A program made the position numbers and the translations under genes. Under the pieces are notes generated by a model. The model was not told where the DNA came from and did not search any database. It saw nothing but the letters and a program-made list of their open reading frames with translations. Below are positions 1-16,500 of a stretch of DNA of 64,000 nucleotides, in pieces. This stretch comes from the human T2T-CHM13v2.0 reference genome, Homo sapiens: the NCBI RefSeq assembly GCF_009914755.1, contig NC_060926.1. One strand, given 5' to 3'. Numbering within the stretch: position 1 is the first letter of the stretch; every line of letters starts with the position of its first letter.

Positions 1-770
1 ATTGTTTTGGTTATGTGAAACCCCTTGAGATCTCATATTAATTTTAGGATGGGTTTTTCTATTTCTGCAAAAACTTCATTGGCTTTTGATAGTGCTTGCA
101 CTGAATCTACAGATCACTCTGGGCAGTACTGACATCTAAACAATATTAAGTTTTTCAACCATGAACACAGAATGCCTTTGTATTTATTAATGTCTTTAAT
201 TTTTTTCAGCAATGTTTTGTCATTTTCAGTGTACAAATCTTTTATATCTCTTGTTAACATAATCTCTATTTCATTTATTTTGATGCAATTATAAATTGAA
301 TTATTTTCTTAAGTTCTTTTTTGAATTGTTAATTGTTAGCGAATAGAAACACAATGAATTTTTGTGTGCTGATTTTGTACCCTGAACTTTTATGAATCAA
401 CTTATTAGTTCTAGCTTTTTTTGTATATAGGATCTTTAGCATTTTCTGCGTACAAGAACATATTATCTGTGAACAGTGATAGTTTTCTTGTTTATTTCTT
501 TTCCTTCCTTATTGCTGTGACTAAAACTTCCAATATTATGTTGAAAAGAAGTGGCAAAAGCAGGCATCCTTCACTTGTTCCTGATCATAAAAGGAAAAGC
601 TTTCAGTCTTTAGCCATTTAGTTTGATGCTAGCTGTGTTTTTTCTTTTATGGTCTTATTGTGTTTAGGTAGTTTCATTCAAGTCCCAGTTTGCTGAGTGC
701 TTTTAATCATGAAGGGTTTTTAATTTTGACATATGTTTTTTCTGTATCTATTGAGATGATCCTGATTATC
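1..770 (-). mobile_element. Old L1 (L1M-type) ORF2 fragment, antisense
   Basis: The reverse complement matches degenerate L1 ORF2 sequence (e.g. ctgaatctacagatcactctgggcagtactgacatc; cttccaatattatgttgaaaagaagtgg). It runs off the window start. Confidence 0.8.
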
Positions 771-874
771 TAGACCTAACTAGATGACCAACTAGATCTA
801 ACACACATATACAGAATATTCAAGCCAAAGACAGAATAATACATATTATTCTCGAATGCTTGTAGAAAATTCTG

Positions 875-1188
875 CAGGGACCAGCTTCATGGAAGACAAT
901 TTTTCCAGACTTGGTGAGTGGGGAGGTTTTGGGATGAAAGTTTTCAGCCTCAGATCATCAGGCATTAGCTAGAGTCTCATAAGGAATGCACAACCTAGAT
1001 CCCTCATCTGCGCTCTTCACAATCAGTGTCACACTCCTATAAAAATCTAATGCTGCTGCTGATCTGACAGGAGGGGGAGTGGAGGCAGTAATGCTCTCTT
1101 GCTTACTGCTCACCTCCTGCTGTGCGGCCCAGTTTCTAACAGGCCATGGACCCATACCTGTCTACAGAGTGGGGGTTGGGGACCACTG
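875..1188 (+). mobile_element. MER1B (hAT-Charlie non-autonomous DNA transposon)
   Basis: cagggaccagcttcatggaagacaattttcc...cctcagatcatcaggcattag...ggggttggggaccactg matches the recalled MER1B consensus. The 5' terminus looks eroded. Confidence 0.85.
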
Positions 1189-2090
1189 TATTACACAACA
1201 AAATAACTCTAAATACATTCCTTATTTAAAAATAATGAAAGTGTACAAACTATTTTCTCTGATTAGAATGAAATGAAGCTAGAAATAAGTAACACAAGGT
1301 AAGCTAGAAAATACATAGATTTATGAAAATTAAAAAATACATCTTTAAACAATCAACAAATCAAAGAATCACAGGAAAATTAGAAATTATTCTGAGACAA
1401 ATGAAAACAAAAACACAGCATGCAAAAACTTCTAGAATTTAGCAAAAGCAATGTTCAGAGAAAAAAATTACAGTTATAATTATCTCCATTTAAATAAAAA
1501 AACCTCAAATTAAGAACCTAACTTAACACATCAAGGAACTAGAAAAAGAAAAGCAAATTAAATTCAAATATAACAGAAGGAAGGAAAAAGGGAAAAAAGA
1601 AGATTAAAGTGGAGATAAGTGAAATAAAAAATAGAAAAACAATAGAGAGAATCAATGAAACAAAAGCTGTTTACTTAAAAGATCAATAATACAAAACTTT
1701 AGTCTGACAAAGAAACAGAGAGAACATGCAAATAACTAAAGTCAGAGAAGTAACTAGGATATTACTACTGACTTTACAAAAATTTGAAAAAAGATTATAA
1801 GAGGACACTATGAACAATTGTATGCCAGTAAGTTAGATAACATCAGTGATATAGAAACTCCCTAGAAATCCCCCAAATAACAAAACTGAGCCAATGAATA
1901 ACAGGAAATCTAACCAGTTACATAAGAAATTACATATTAATTAAATATTTGTGAAATAATGTGTAAATAATTTGTGACTATAAATTAATAATATTAGTAA
2001 TTATTAAGTAATATTTACAAACCTCCCAATAGAGGAAAGCCCAGGGCCACATGGTTTCACTGGTAAATTCCACCAAACATTTAAAAATTC

Positions 2091-2454
<364 letters not shown>

Positions 2455-3227
2455 TCAAATCTTCCAAAATGAAGAGGGACCATTTTTTAAAAATCTTATT
2501 CTATGAGGCCAAAATAACCTTTATACTAACCACATAAAAACATCACAAGAAAAGAAACTATATACCACTATTTCTTATGCATCTAGATTAGACAATCCTT
2601 AACAAAATATTAGTAAACTAAATCCAATATTATATGGAAAAGATTCTACACCAGGAGCATTTATTCTAAGAACACAATATGAGAAAATCAGTGTATCCAA
2701 TGCACCACATTAACAGAACAAAAAAAACAGAAACAAAAACAAAACCATGATCACCCAACCCACACAGTAAAAGCATTTGGTAAAAATCCAACATCCTTTC
2801 ATGATAAAAAAATTCAGAAGAATATATGTAATAGAAAAGAACTTTCTCAGCATGACGAAAGGCATTGGTTAAAAAAGTCACAGCTAATAACAAACTCAAT
2901 GGTGAAAAACAAAAAAGAAAATTCCCCTTTAGATAAAAAAGGAGGCCTGAATTCACCACTGACATTTACATTGTACCTGACATTTTAGCCAGAACAATTA
3001 GGCAAGAAAAATAAATAAAACACATCAAAAATGTAAAGGAAGAACTAAAACTATATATATCCATAGATGACATGATCTTATATACAAATATTCCAAAAGA
3101 ATTCACACATATACACATACAAACTATTATAGCTAAAGATCACATTCAGCAAAGTTTTAGGACATAAGATTAACACATTAAAATTACTTGTTGTTTCTAT
3201 ACAAAATTGCACGATGCAAAAAAATAA

Positions 3228-5240
<2,013 letters not shown>

Positions 5241-8200
5241 AGAATTCCATTTTAAAAGAACATTCAAAAGAATAAAATAGCTAGGTGTAAATTTAACAAA
5301 CGAGGTGCAAAATTTGTACACTAAAAATTATAAAACATTGCTAAAGGAAATTAAGGAAGGACTAAAGAATGGGAAAGACACACTGTGTTCATGGATCACA
5401 TGACCTACTATTCAGATTGCAGTATTATTCAAAGCTGTCTATAGTTTCAATGCAATCCCTGTCAAAATGAATGGGCTTTTTTGTTTTTTTACAGAAAGGA
5501 AAAAACAATTATTAAATTTATATAGATTTGTAAGTTTCCCCAAATCACCAAGTCAATCTTGAAAAAGAACATTGTTGAATGACACACTTCTTGATTTCAA
5601 ATTTTCCTACAAATGTATAGTAATCAAAACAGTGTGGTACTAGCATTATGATAAACCAGTAGAATAGACTTGAGAGTCCAGAAATAAATCCTCACATCTA
5701 GATGGTCAATTGATTTTTGACAGGGATGCCAAGGTTATCAATAAGAAAATAAAGTCTCTCCAACAATTATTGCTGGGACACACCGATATTTACATATAAA
5801 GAAATGAAATTGAATCCCCACCTGCACCATTTTAAAAAGTTAACTCAAAATGGATCAATGACCTAAATGTAAGAGCTAAAACCATATAAGTCTTAGAAGA
5901 AGAGATAGGTGTAAATCTTCATGGATTTGGACTTGGAAGTTAATTCTTAGATATAAAAACAAAAATACAGGCAGTGATACAACAAAAAAAAAGTTACATT
6001 TCATCAAAATGAAAAACCTTTGGGCATCTAAAAATATTATCAAGAAAAGGAAAGCCTACAGAATGAAAGAAAATACTTGTAAATTACAGATCTCACAAGG
6101 ATCTAATATGCAGAATGTCTAAAGAACTCATATTGCAAATACAAACTACTAATTAAAAAATAGGCAAACGACTTGATTAGACATTTCTCCAAAGATATAC
6201 AATGTCTAACAAGCACATGGAAATATGCTCAACAATGTTAGTAACTAGGACTAGGGAGACAAAAATCAAATACAAATAATATCACTTCAAACCTCCTAGG
6301 ATGGCTATAATAATACTTTAAAAAGCAAAACAGAAAGTAACAAATGTTGATAAGCGTGTAGGGAAATTGGAACCCTCTTATTTTGCTTGTGGGAATGTAA
6401 AACAGTGCAGCTACTGTGGAACACATTTGGACAATTCCTCAAAACCTTAAACAGTATTATCGTATTAACCAGAAATTACATATATGTATATGTAATTATA
6501 TATATATATGTAATTATATATATATATAATTAATTGAAACAGGTACTCAAATAAATGCTTACACCTGGATGCTCATAGAATATTCACAGAAGCTAAAAGA
6601 TAGAAACAATGCAAATGTTCGTCAACAGATAAATAAACAAAAAATAGTATGTATAGGAGACCATATTCATCCATAAAAAGAAGTGAAGTACTTACACATG
6701 GTACAATGCAGATGAGCCTCAAAAATATTACACTAAATGAGAGCAGCCAGATATAAAAGGTCACATATTGTATGACTTCATTTACATAAAATGTCCAGAG
6801 TAGATAGATTAATAAAGACAGCCTATTGGTGTTTGCCAGTGTTTCAGAAGAGGGAGGATGGGGAGTAACTGCTTAATGAGTATAGGGGTTCTTTTGGGGG
6901 CGATAAAAATATTTGAGAACTAGATAGTGGTGGTGGTTGTGCAACACTATCGTGCTAAATGACACGGCATTTTTCACTGTAAAATGGCAATTTTTATGTT
7001 ATGTAAATTTTATCTCAATAAAAACCTTATTAAAATAATGAATTATTAATCCTATTTTATCTTCCAATTTTTTTATTTTTACACAATTAAATATGCCTAT
7101 ATCTTATGGTATCATTATTAATAAGATGATATTACTTAACAGTATAATAGATTAAGAAGATTAGGGTTTATAGAAACACATGGATTAATATCTCACACCA
7201 TTCTTGCTTTATAAATAAAAATTTATCAGCTGAATTTTTATTTTTCCTTCACTGTCACTTTAGGGGCATAGGGATTTTTTCTCACAGAGTTCATAGAATC
7301 TAATTAATATATTTCCTAACATGACTGTAGCTTAGATGTTCATAATATCTACTTAGAAATTTTATATATTTTGATGTCTACAACAAGCCAGTAAAAAAAT
7401 AATATAATTGTAATACTGAATGGGAAAATAAACTTCTAACAATTTGTCCAAACTATTCTTTTTACATAGTAAAAACTATAAATAATTAATGTAAATTAGA
7501 GAAACTAGATAACAGCTAAGCATTTGTTTTAGTATTATATATAAATTTATGATGGAATGGGAAAAGCAGTATGGGTGATAATCATTCTAGAATACAGTGA
7601 TCAGGTAGACATCTTAAACAGGACAGTTCTGGTTTTAAGCTTTTTTAAATCCCAGGATGAAAATTCATTTTACTGATAACACCAGAGCTAGATTTGTAAT
7701 ATGGAAGAAGTGAAAAAATCATGGGAAAATTTCTTCACTCCCGAAAAATTGGTAGTTTAGACATAGACTCAAATTAGGAAAATATGAGAATTGCAAAAAT
7801 CCAAATCATTGTTTTATTTCATTTGGAAATTTAATAGAGCAGGCTTTTTCTTTTACTGGGTATAGAGAAATCATATCATAGTATCTATATTTTGTAAGAC
7901 ATAATATTATATCATAAATTTATAGTGTTAATTGTCCTTTTTGACATAGATTAAAAGATGCAATATAATATATTATGCATTTTAAATAATTTTATGAGAT
8001 TTGAAGATATTATTGAGAAAACAAAACAATTTTGAGATACAATAATTCTTTCTAATGACTTCCTGGTGCAGAGGAAATATTTTCTTAATTTTGAAACAAT
8101 AAAATTACATATTTGTGTGGGTGTGTGAGAGTGTTTTTCTATACATAGAGTGGGGAGGGAGAGAGGGAAAGAGCGGGGAGAGAGACAGACTTCATATATG

Positions 8201-8587
8201 CATTATATATTTTCATACTATATATAATTTTAACTGTGGTTGCCATTTGAAAGTACCATAGTAAATCCAGAGACAGAAACTTTTTTTCAGTTTATGCCAT
8301 AGAAACCACTGAAGCATAAAATGTGAAAGTATCATTGCTACTCATGTTCTGGCTTGAAGACTTCTATTATTATTTATTACTATTGTCTCAAGAAAACATT
8401 AACTGGTTTACTGGTTTCCTGTGAAAAACAACTGAAATCTATAGAAGCTAATTCCTTTAAAATACTGCCACCTTTGTCAGTTACCCTAGGCTCTAGATAT
8501 CAAACCTAGCTTTAGAGAATGAAGCTCCTGTCAGTCTTCACTATTAGATACAGCAGAATTTTTCCGTCATTTTATTCAATCATGTCT

Positions 8588-8886
8588 TTTTTTTTTTGAC
8601 AGGGTCTCTCACTCTGTCACCCAGGCTGGAGTGCGGCGGTGTGATCAAGCTAACAGCACCGTGTATCTCCCAGGCTCAAACGATCCTCCTACCTCAACCT
8701 CTACTAAGCAGCTGGGACTACAGTCTCCTGCCATCATGCTTGGCTAATTTTTTTTTTTTATTTTTAGTAGAGAGGAGGTCTCACTATGTTGCCCAGGCTG
8801 GTCTCAAACTCCTGAGATTAAAGCGATCCTCTCGCTTAGGCCTCTCAAAGTGCTGGGATTACAGTTGACAGCCACAACCCCTGGCC
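8588..8886 (-). mobile_element. AluJ
   Basis: Antisense Alu with J-type gacagggtct / ggctcaaacgatcctcc. Degenerate TSD tcaatca..tctt on both sides. Confidence 0.88.
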
Positions 8887-9229
8887 TCAATCACATCTTT
8901 TAAAATTCTCTTTACTTTTCAACCTATAGGTGGAAACTACCTCACTGGTCATTAAAATTAGTCATTTTATTCTGGTATGCAGTTACCAGAAAAATTTTAA
9001 AATTACCAAGTGACAAAGACAATGACTATTCCCAATAGTAACTGTGAGTCTTATTAGACACCCTCAAATGTTCAGAACTAGCATAGTTTCCTTTTCTTTT
9101 TTTGTTTTAGCTCTAGTCATCTTAAGAATTGTCACCAAAGATATTTTAGGTTGTGAAGCAGTAAAATTACCAAAAGGTCAGAGGCTTAAAAAAGGAAGGC
9201 TTACTTATTGCTTGTTCTACATGTCCATC

Positions 9230-9510
9230 GAGGGTTGCTTGGATTGTTCTCTGTGTTGTCCTTTCTCTGGGACATGGAATAGCTACTACACATAACATTC
9301 CTTGCCATTAGCACAGAGGGAAAGACAACGTTTGCTGATCTGGTTACAGCAATTAAATTCCCCTGCCCAAAGAAACAGCTCTTGGCTCACAACTTATTGG
9401 CTGGCACAAGTCACCTGGCTCCACCCAACCCATAGAAGTGAAAAAGTGCAATAATACCATGTGCTCAAAAAAGGAAAGATCAGATACATTTGGTCACCAG
9501 CATTAATGAT
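9230..9510. mobile_element. Degenerate MLT1 (MaLR LTR) fragment
   Basis: ctcacaacttattggctggcacaagtcacctggctccacccaacc resembles an MLT1J-type motif. Confidence 0.4.
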
Positions 9511-11039
9511 TACAGTGACATTCCATTCCAACAGGTTAACCATTTTATTACCTATTTTTGCATATGAGAAAATGAATGTTCAGAAATGTTTTGCTAAAGA
9601 TCACTTATATAAAAAATGCCAGAAACTAAAAAGAAACTCAGATATTTCTTCGTCTGAATTAGGTTTCTTCACAGTAAACCATGTTACATCATACAGTTCT
9701 AGTCCAACAGGCAGTTGTGACATAGAATCTAATTCAAATTTACTTAGCAAATAAAACAACCTCCTCAACAATCAACATTCTAAACCTAATACCTGGATAC
9801 TTAATTCTTCAAAACTACCAGTGTTCACTTTATTCTGAGTCTATAATGGTTTATAAATAAGCACAAATATTTAATGGCTATGAGCTACCCACTTACGATT
9901 AATGAACATGAAAATCCTTAATTTAATCAGCCCATTTAACATTTCCAAAGGGAAAAGAAAACATTAGTAGAATTTTTGACTCAGGCATATGTGTTGCTTC
10001 CTTGGTTCTCAGACTCACTCTTTTTACAAATATAATGAAATATTCTGCAACTATAATATTAATTTATATTAGAACAGAATAGAATTGTAACACAGATACA
10101 TGAGGTTCCTATAGAATAATTTTCTGCTTTTTAAAATAGATTGTGGTGGCTATTTTCAGAATTCTGGCTGAGGTTGTAACCTCAGATTCTGCATTTAGAA
10201 CATACTAAGATTCTAAGGAATAAAATCTCTGAAGATAAATGAGCCAGAAATATCACTTCTAACTAATACTACTATCATATCGCTTGGGACCGAAACACAG
10301 TATATACTTAGAGCAAGTTATTTAGGTAGACAAATGGATGATAAGGGTAGGACAGTGGACTGCCTTCCCAGACTACTTATAGGTGTCATTATTTTGGTGG
10401 CTCTTTATAAAGTATATTTGAGATTCTGATGTGTCAATACTAAGTATGTATATTTCTCATGAGTAACAAATCAGGGATATTTGGGGCAACAAGTTATAGA
10501 ATCTTACTCTCAGTGTCATAATAAAATCAGGTTTGTTTTTTCTCATATGATGAGATGTCTAGAAAACAGCTGCCGCTGAATTTGACAAACTTGCTCTATG
10601 ATGTCATAGCTGTCATTGCTTTTCTCTGGTATCTATAACATGGCTGTTGTGGCTCTGCTCATCCACCATTAAAATCAAAGAACAGGAGGGAAGGACATCA
10701 CTCATTTATTATGATTATGATTATTTTATGTCTTTAGGAAAGTAAAGCCTTCTCATACCCACCATAAAAGTCCCTTAACTCATATACTTGTGGCAGAAGA
10801 GGGTTACATAAGCCGTTCAAATGAAGCTGATAAAATGAGCAAAGAATGCTAAAGATTACCTTAGAACTGCCACAGCTCTTTAACTGGTTCTGGACACAAA
10901 TATCATTTTGTTAGTCTGTAAAAAGGAGATGGAGATGTGATTAAAAAAAACTGCCACATAAAAGATGAGTGGCATTGTCATGTCACAGATCTACCCAGTG
11001 AAGATTAATATATTTATTTCAAAGCAAAACAAAACCTCA

Positions 11040-11191
11040 AGTGAAAGTGACATACCATCACTTCTGTCATATTCTATTTGATATAAGAAAGTCATCAAAT
11101 CCAGCCCATCTGCAAGGGGAAGAAATTAGACAACAGCATGAATACCTGGAGGCAGGGATTATCTGGGGCCATTTCAAGGTTGCCTATCACA
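11040..11191 (-). mobile_element. MLT1 (about MLT1H-type) LTR fragment
   Basis: aagtgacataccatcacttctgtcatattctatt...gaatacctggaggcagggattatctggggccatt...cctatcaca. Confidence 0.55.
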
Positions 11192-11514
11192 CTGGAAAAA
11201 GAGAGAAAACATTTTGTTTGAAAAATAGTATCTTGAAAATGGCATATAGCAGAATCTAAGCAATATGCTGAAATTTGTTACCTTTTAACAGGGCATTTAG
11301 CCCTCTTCACAACTATAGTGATCCCTTGTTCTTATTTTAGGTAATAATCTTGTCATTCTATTTATTGAGTTTTCTTCTGTTTTTGCTGGGTTTATTAAAT
11401 TTTCATTCTTGCATTGAAAAAATATTCTGTGTCCTATTTGTAGACACATTGTACTAATAATTGTTTAAAAATTTTACCAAACTGATTTTAATTTATATTA
11501 TAATGATTAGGAAT

Positions 11515-11802
11515 GGGTCAGGTGTGGTGGCTCATGCCTATAATCCCATCTTTGAGAGGCCAAGGAAAGGGGATCCCTGAAGCCGAAGAGTTTGAGACCA
11601 GCCTGGGCAACACAGTGAGACCCCATCTCTAAAAAAATTCAGAAAAATTTAGCCTGGCATGGTATTGCACAATTGTAGTCCAAGCTAATCAGAGGCTGAG
11701 GTGAGAGGATTGAGCCCAGAAGGTCGAGATTACAGCATGCTGTGATCATTCCACTATATTCCATAACTGACGAACAGAGCAAGACTGGGTCTCTAAATAA
11801 AT
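11515..11802 (+). mobile_element. AluJ (diverged)
   Basis: ggtcaggtgtggtggctcatgcc...cagcctgggcaacacagtgagacccc...gagcccagaaggtcgag. Confidence 0.85.
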
Positions 11803-12132
11803 AGGAATGAACAATTTATATTACAACCCCAAACAAAATATACCATTTTTTTCTCTGTCATTTTCTCCCACTCCATAGCTCCATTGCCAAATCAGAATTT
11901 AATTTGAATTATTTAATACTTTTATTATTCATTATTGTTTTATTATTGAGCTTTGGCTATTGTTTTCTTCTACTTTAAAAACCCTTTCCTTACAAGTATA
12001 TCAAACTTCACAGCCACTTTTTCAACAAGTATTATTCAATCTAAGATAAAGGTAACACTCATATAGATTTTACCAAATTAACTTCTACTCATCCACAAAA
12101 TCTCACATATAAACACATATAATCTTCTCAGT

Positions 12133-12440
<308 letters not shown>

Positions 12441-13354
12441 CTTCTCAGATAGAAATTTCCTTCCCACTAAATAAAATTAGTTTTGTCTATTACAAGATTT
12501 TATGGAACTATGTCCTTTCCTTTCATAGAACTTATGCCCATTTATATTTATGGGTACATTTTATAATTGTTTAATTTTTGTTCTTACCACTGGACTGTAG
12601 GCCTGAACTGTGCCTGTTTTTGTTCACAATAATATCTGCAGTATCTATTATAGTGTTTGGAAATGTGAAGATGCTCATAAACATTCTGAATAAATAAGTA
12701 CATGAATTTTGATTATCAAAAAAACGAAAAAGCCACTTTACAGTTACATGTGGAAAAAGATTTATTTCAAGGAATTGGATAAATTTCACAAATAGATGCT
12801 TGAAAAGCGCATTGATTCTTCAAAACACAACAGAGTTCATTTTTTTTTAGAATAGAAATGGAACTCAAAATGTAGGCAGGGAATTACTATCACTATCCTG
12901 TTTTCTACAAAAAAAGAGCAGGTATATGGATTACTTGGACCATTTGAATTACTGTGGTAGTACATTATTTTTTTTCTTTGTTCTGTTTTAGGTCTAACTT
13001 AAAATTATTCTTAGGACATTTTAGTTTATTTTCTTTTATTCTCCTTTTTCAGTGGAGAACAATGACACTTTATTACAAATCCTGCATATGTACATTATTA
13101 CTGTCATTTTACAGATTATCTAATCATAATACATGGGAAATTGTTATCTTTCTTCTTTGAAGAACTATTTTATATGCCCTCGAGCAGTTATTTTCATTTT
13201 ATCTTTCATGCATATCACATTCATCAAATATGTGCCCTGAAGCAAGATCAATTCAAATATTTAAATATTATTTTATACCCTTTGCATATTTGATGGTATT
13301 TCATTTAGCTGCAATGTTATTCCAATACTGCATATAAGTTTTATTATTCCTTCT

Positions 13355-16300
13355 CTCATTCATGCACTTATCTATTCATTTTTTTCATACATTTGTAAAT
13401 TCATAGATCCAGCTAATAATATACATTGAATCCTTTTCCCTACCACTTTGTATCAGACAGGTTGCTAATAATAACAGATGGAGAAATGATTAGGGCACAG
13501 ACCTCCTTATGAAGAATTTCTCAATCTTGTAGGAGAACCAGATGTGTAATTTCTGATGCAAATGACAGAAAACAATTTGTATAGTTCAAGTATGGCCATG
13601 ATAGTGCTTACATGAGAGGAGTAGGTCATCCCTCTTTTAGAGTTAAAGGAGAGTACAGAGGGTAAGTGAAATTTAAGCTAATAATTAGAGAAAAGGATGA
13701 TTTAGCAAGTGATAAAGTTCACAGAAAGCACTTAAGAAATAGAAAAATATTCATGATATATTTATCTAACATTGATAGGTCATGTTAGAAAACCAATGGA
13801 AATTAGAGTGTAGTTCATAAGTGCATTTAATTATAAACATGATTTGTGAGGTATTTTTGGACTAGGGTATAAATATCTTAGAGTCATGATACCTTTGGAC
13901 TTTGTCCTTAAGGGGTGTAAAGTTACCAATTTGCTTTCTGGTAATTAAGGTAATTTTATGAGTTTCCCAGGCTGTTGAAACAAATTGCCACAAACTTAGT
14001 AGCTTAAAACAACATGAATTTGTCTTATATTTCTGGAGGTCAGAGGTCTAAAATCATGATGTTTGCAGGATTTCATTCCTTTTGGACATCTTAGGGGAGA
14101 ATCCCTGACTTTGTTTTTTCCAGTGTCTAGAGCCCATCTACATTCCATTATTCATGATCTTTCCTCCATCTTCAAAGTGCATTGCTCCAATCTCTGGTTC
14201 CCTCAACACATCATTTTTCTGCAGCTAAATCTCTTTATCTTTCTATTATAAGGATACTTGTCGTTGTATTAGATGCATCAGTCCTATCTGGTAGAATCTC
14301 CCCATCTCAAGATATTTAATCACATCTGTAAAGTTCCTATTGCTACTTAAAGTAACATATTGATAGATTATGAGGATTAGTTCATGGATATGTTGGGGGT
14401 CACTAATTAGCCTAATAGAGTCTGTCCACTGGTCCAGCAAAATTCAGATCCATTCCTAATGCAAAATACATTCACTCCATCCCAACATTCCTGAACAGTT
14501 CAACCAATTATAACATCAACTCACGGTCCAAAACTTCACCTATGTCATTTCAAGAGTCCCAAATCTCATTATCCATCTTTCCTAAATCAGGTATGGGTGA
14601 GAATCTGGGTATGAACAAATGTCTAGCAAAATACCTCACAATTTCTGGACCTGTGAAGCTGTAAAACAGGTTTCTGATCCCAAAAAACAATAATGGGGCA
14701 GTAATAATATAAGAGTTATAGACATCCCCATTCAAAAAGGAGAAAATGGAAGAAAGGAGTCACCAGTCCCAAACAAATTTAAAATCTAACCAGATAAACT
14801 CTATTAGGTTTTAAGGCCTAGAAATAATCTGTAGCTCTCATTTTCATCCCGTGTCCAAGTTTCACCCACCAAGATTCACCGCTGTGGCCCTCAGCTTAAT
14901 CCTCTGTGCCCAAGTCTCTGACCTCTGAGTCATTCTTTTTTTTTTCATAAAGGGTAGCATCTGCTTGCAGCTGAGTAGTTTTATGAACCTGTTTCCTGTC
15001 TGCAGAATTTTGGTATTCTGATGACCTCCATTCATTTTGCCCCGTCTGTTTCTTTCGATTGATGCTGATAATATTTCTGCTGCTATCCTCAAGAACATTG
15101 TAAAGTCCCCATGTATGTCCTAGGGATTCCTGCCATTAGACAAGAAGTTTCTCCACAGGTTTTTCCTAGATTATATCATTTCTACTTTTGGCTTCTGCTG
15201 AGCTGGCTGAGGGGATCCATGTGTTATATGATCCCTTCAAAGAGTCTTCTGTGTGACTGAATATTGTGAACTTTTGTCCTTCTCAGGCATTAAAAAGGTT
15301 GTCAATCACCCTCTTGGCTTTCTTTCCTGAAGGTGCTTTTCTGACAGTACATTTCCCAATGTTATTGTCTTTTGCAATTTAAATCAGCTGAGGACTTCCC
15401 AAATAATCAAGTCCTGATTCCCTTTTACATAGCATGTTTTCCTCAATTTATCTTTCCTCTCCCATTTTACCACAGGCATCAAGAAGAAACTAGGGCACAT
15501 CCTTAATATTTTCCTAGGAAATCTCAGCTTACAAATTCTGCTTTCCTTGTAACTAGGAAGCAATTCAGCTAAGATTCTGACACTTTTCCCACTGTGTTTT
15601 TGAAAATTCTTCTATAGACTCTACCCATTGCCCAATCCCAAAGCCAATTCTACATGTTTGGGTATTTATCACAGCAACATTCCACTTTCAGGTACTAAAA
15701 TTTGTACTAGGTTCCTATTGCCACCGTAACAAAATACCCCAAACTTACTAGCTTACTCCAAACAACATAAATTGATTCTTTTTCATTTCCGGGGTTTGTA
15801 AGTCAAAAATTATGACGTTGGTAGGTTTGCATTCCTTCTGGAGAGTTCAGGGAAGAATCTATTTCCTTGTCTTTCCAGCCTCAAAAGACCACCTGCATTT
15901 CTTGGCCCAGGTGTTCTTCCACTACCTTCAAAGCATGTCATATCAACCTTTGGTTCCAGCATCACATCTTATTTATTTATTTATTGTAGTGAAGTCTTCC
16001 TCTGACTCTCTCTTATAATGACACCTGTGAATACATTGAGCCCACTGAATAATCTAGAATGATCTCCCCACCTCAAGATCCTTAACATAATCATATCTGA
16101 ATGGGCATTGGGGGGTGTGTGGTGAAGAGTTGTATTCAGCCTAACATAGTAATGTATGAGCAATTTCAATATTGAGAATGACAACTTTGGTTACAAAGTA
16201 GAGAGTAGATTGGAATTTCAAGAACGTGGCAGGGAAATATATTAGGGTGCTGTTTGTATACCTCAGAAAGAGAGATTATCTATTGTTCACAAATATGTGC

Positions 16301-16500
16301 CTCAATGGAACCCTATTTAGGATAAAAATTATCTGTATCAGGAACTTCCTTTCTGTTAACGTTCACAAAATGTGGTGAAATCATGAATGCATGAGTAATA
16401 AAGGGAGAAGAATAAAATATGACACTAGAATTTTTAGCTTTAGATATTAAGTAAATGGTTATCGTTTACGAGCAACCAGATTTTTGGTGTACTATGCCAT
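13355..16500 (-). mobile_element. Ancient L2 remnants interrupted by the MLT1 element
   Basis: An L2 3'-end-like stretch (tcattcat...attgaat...cagacaggttgcta) at about 13355-13700 and further L2-like sequence at about 16150-16500. Confidence 0.45.
13957..16147 (-). mobile_element. Two-LTR MLT1 (about MLT1C/D) MaLR element with internal region
   Basis: Two homologous LTRs at about 13957-14417 and 15703-16147 (caaacttag/ctagctta..aacaaca; ctccccatctcaagat / ctccccacctcaagat) flank about 1.3 kb of MLT-int-like sequence. Confidence 0.75.
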
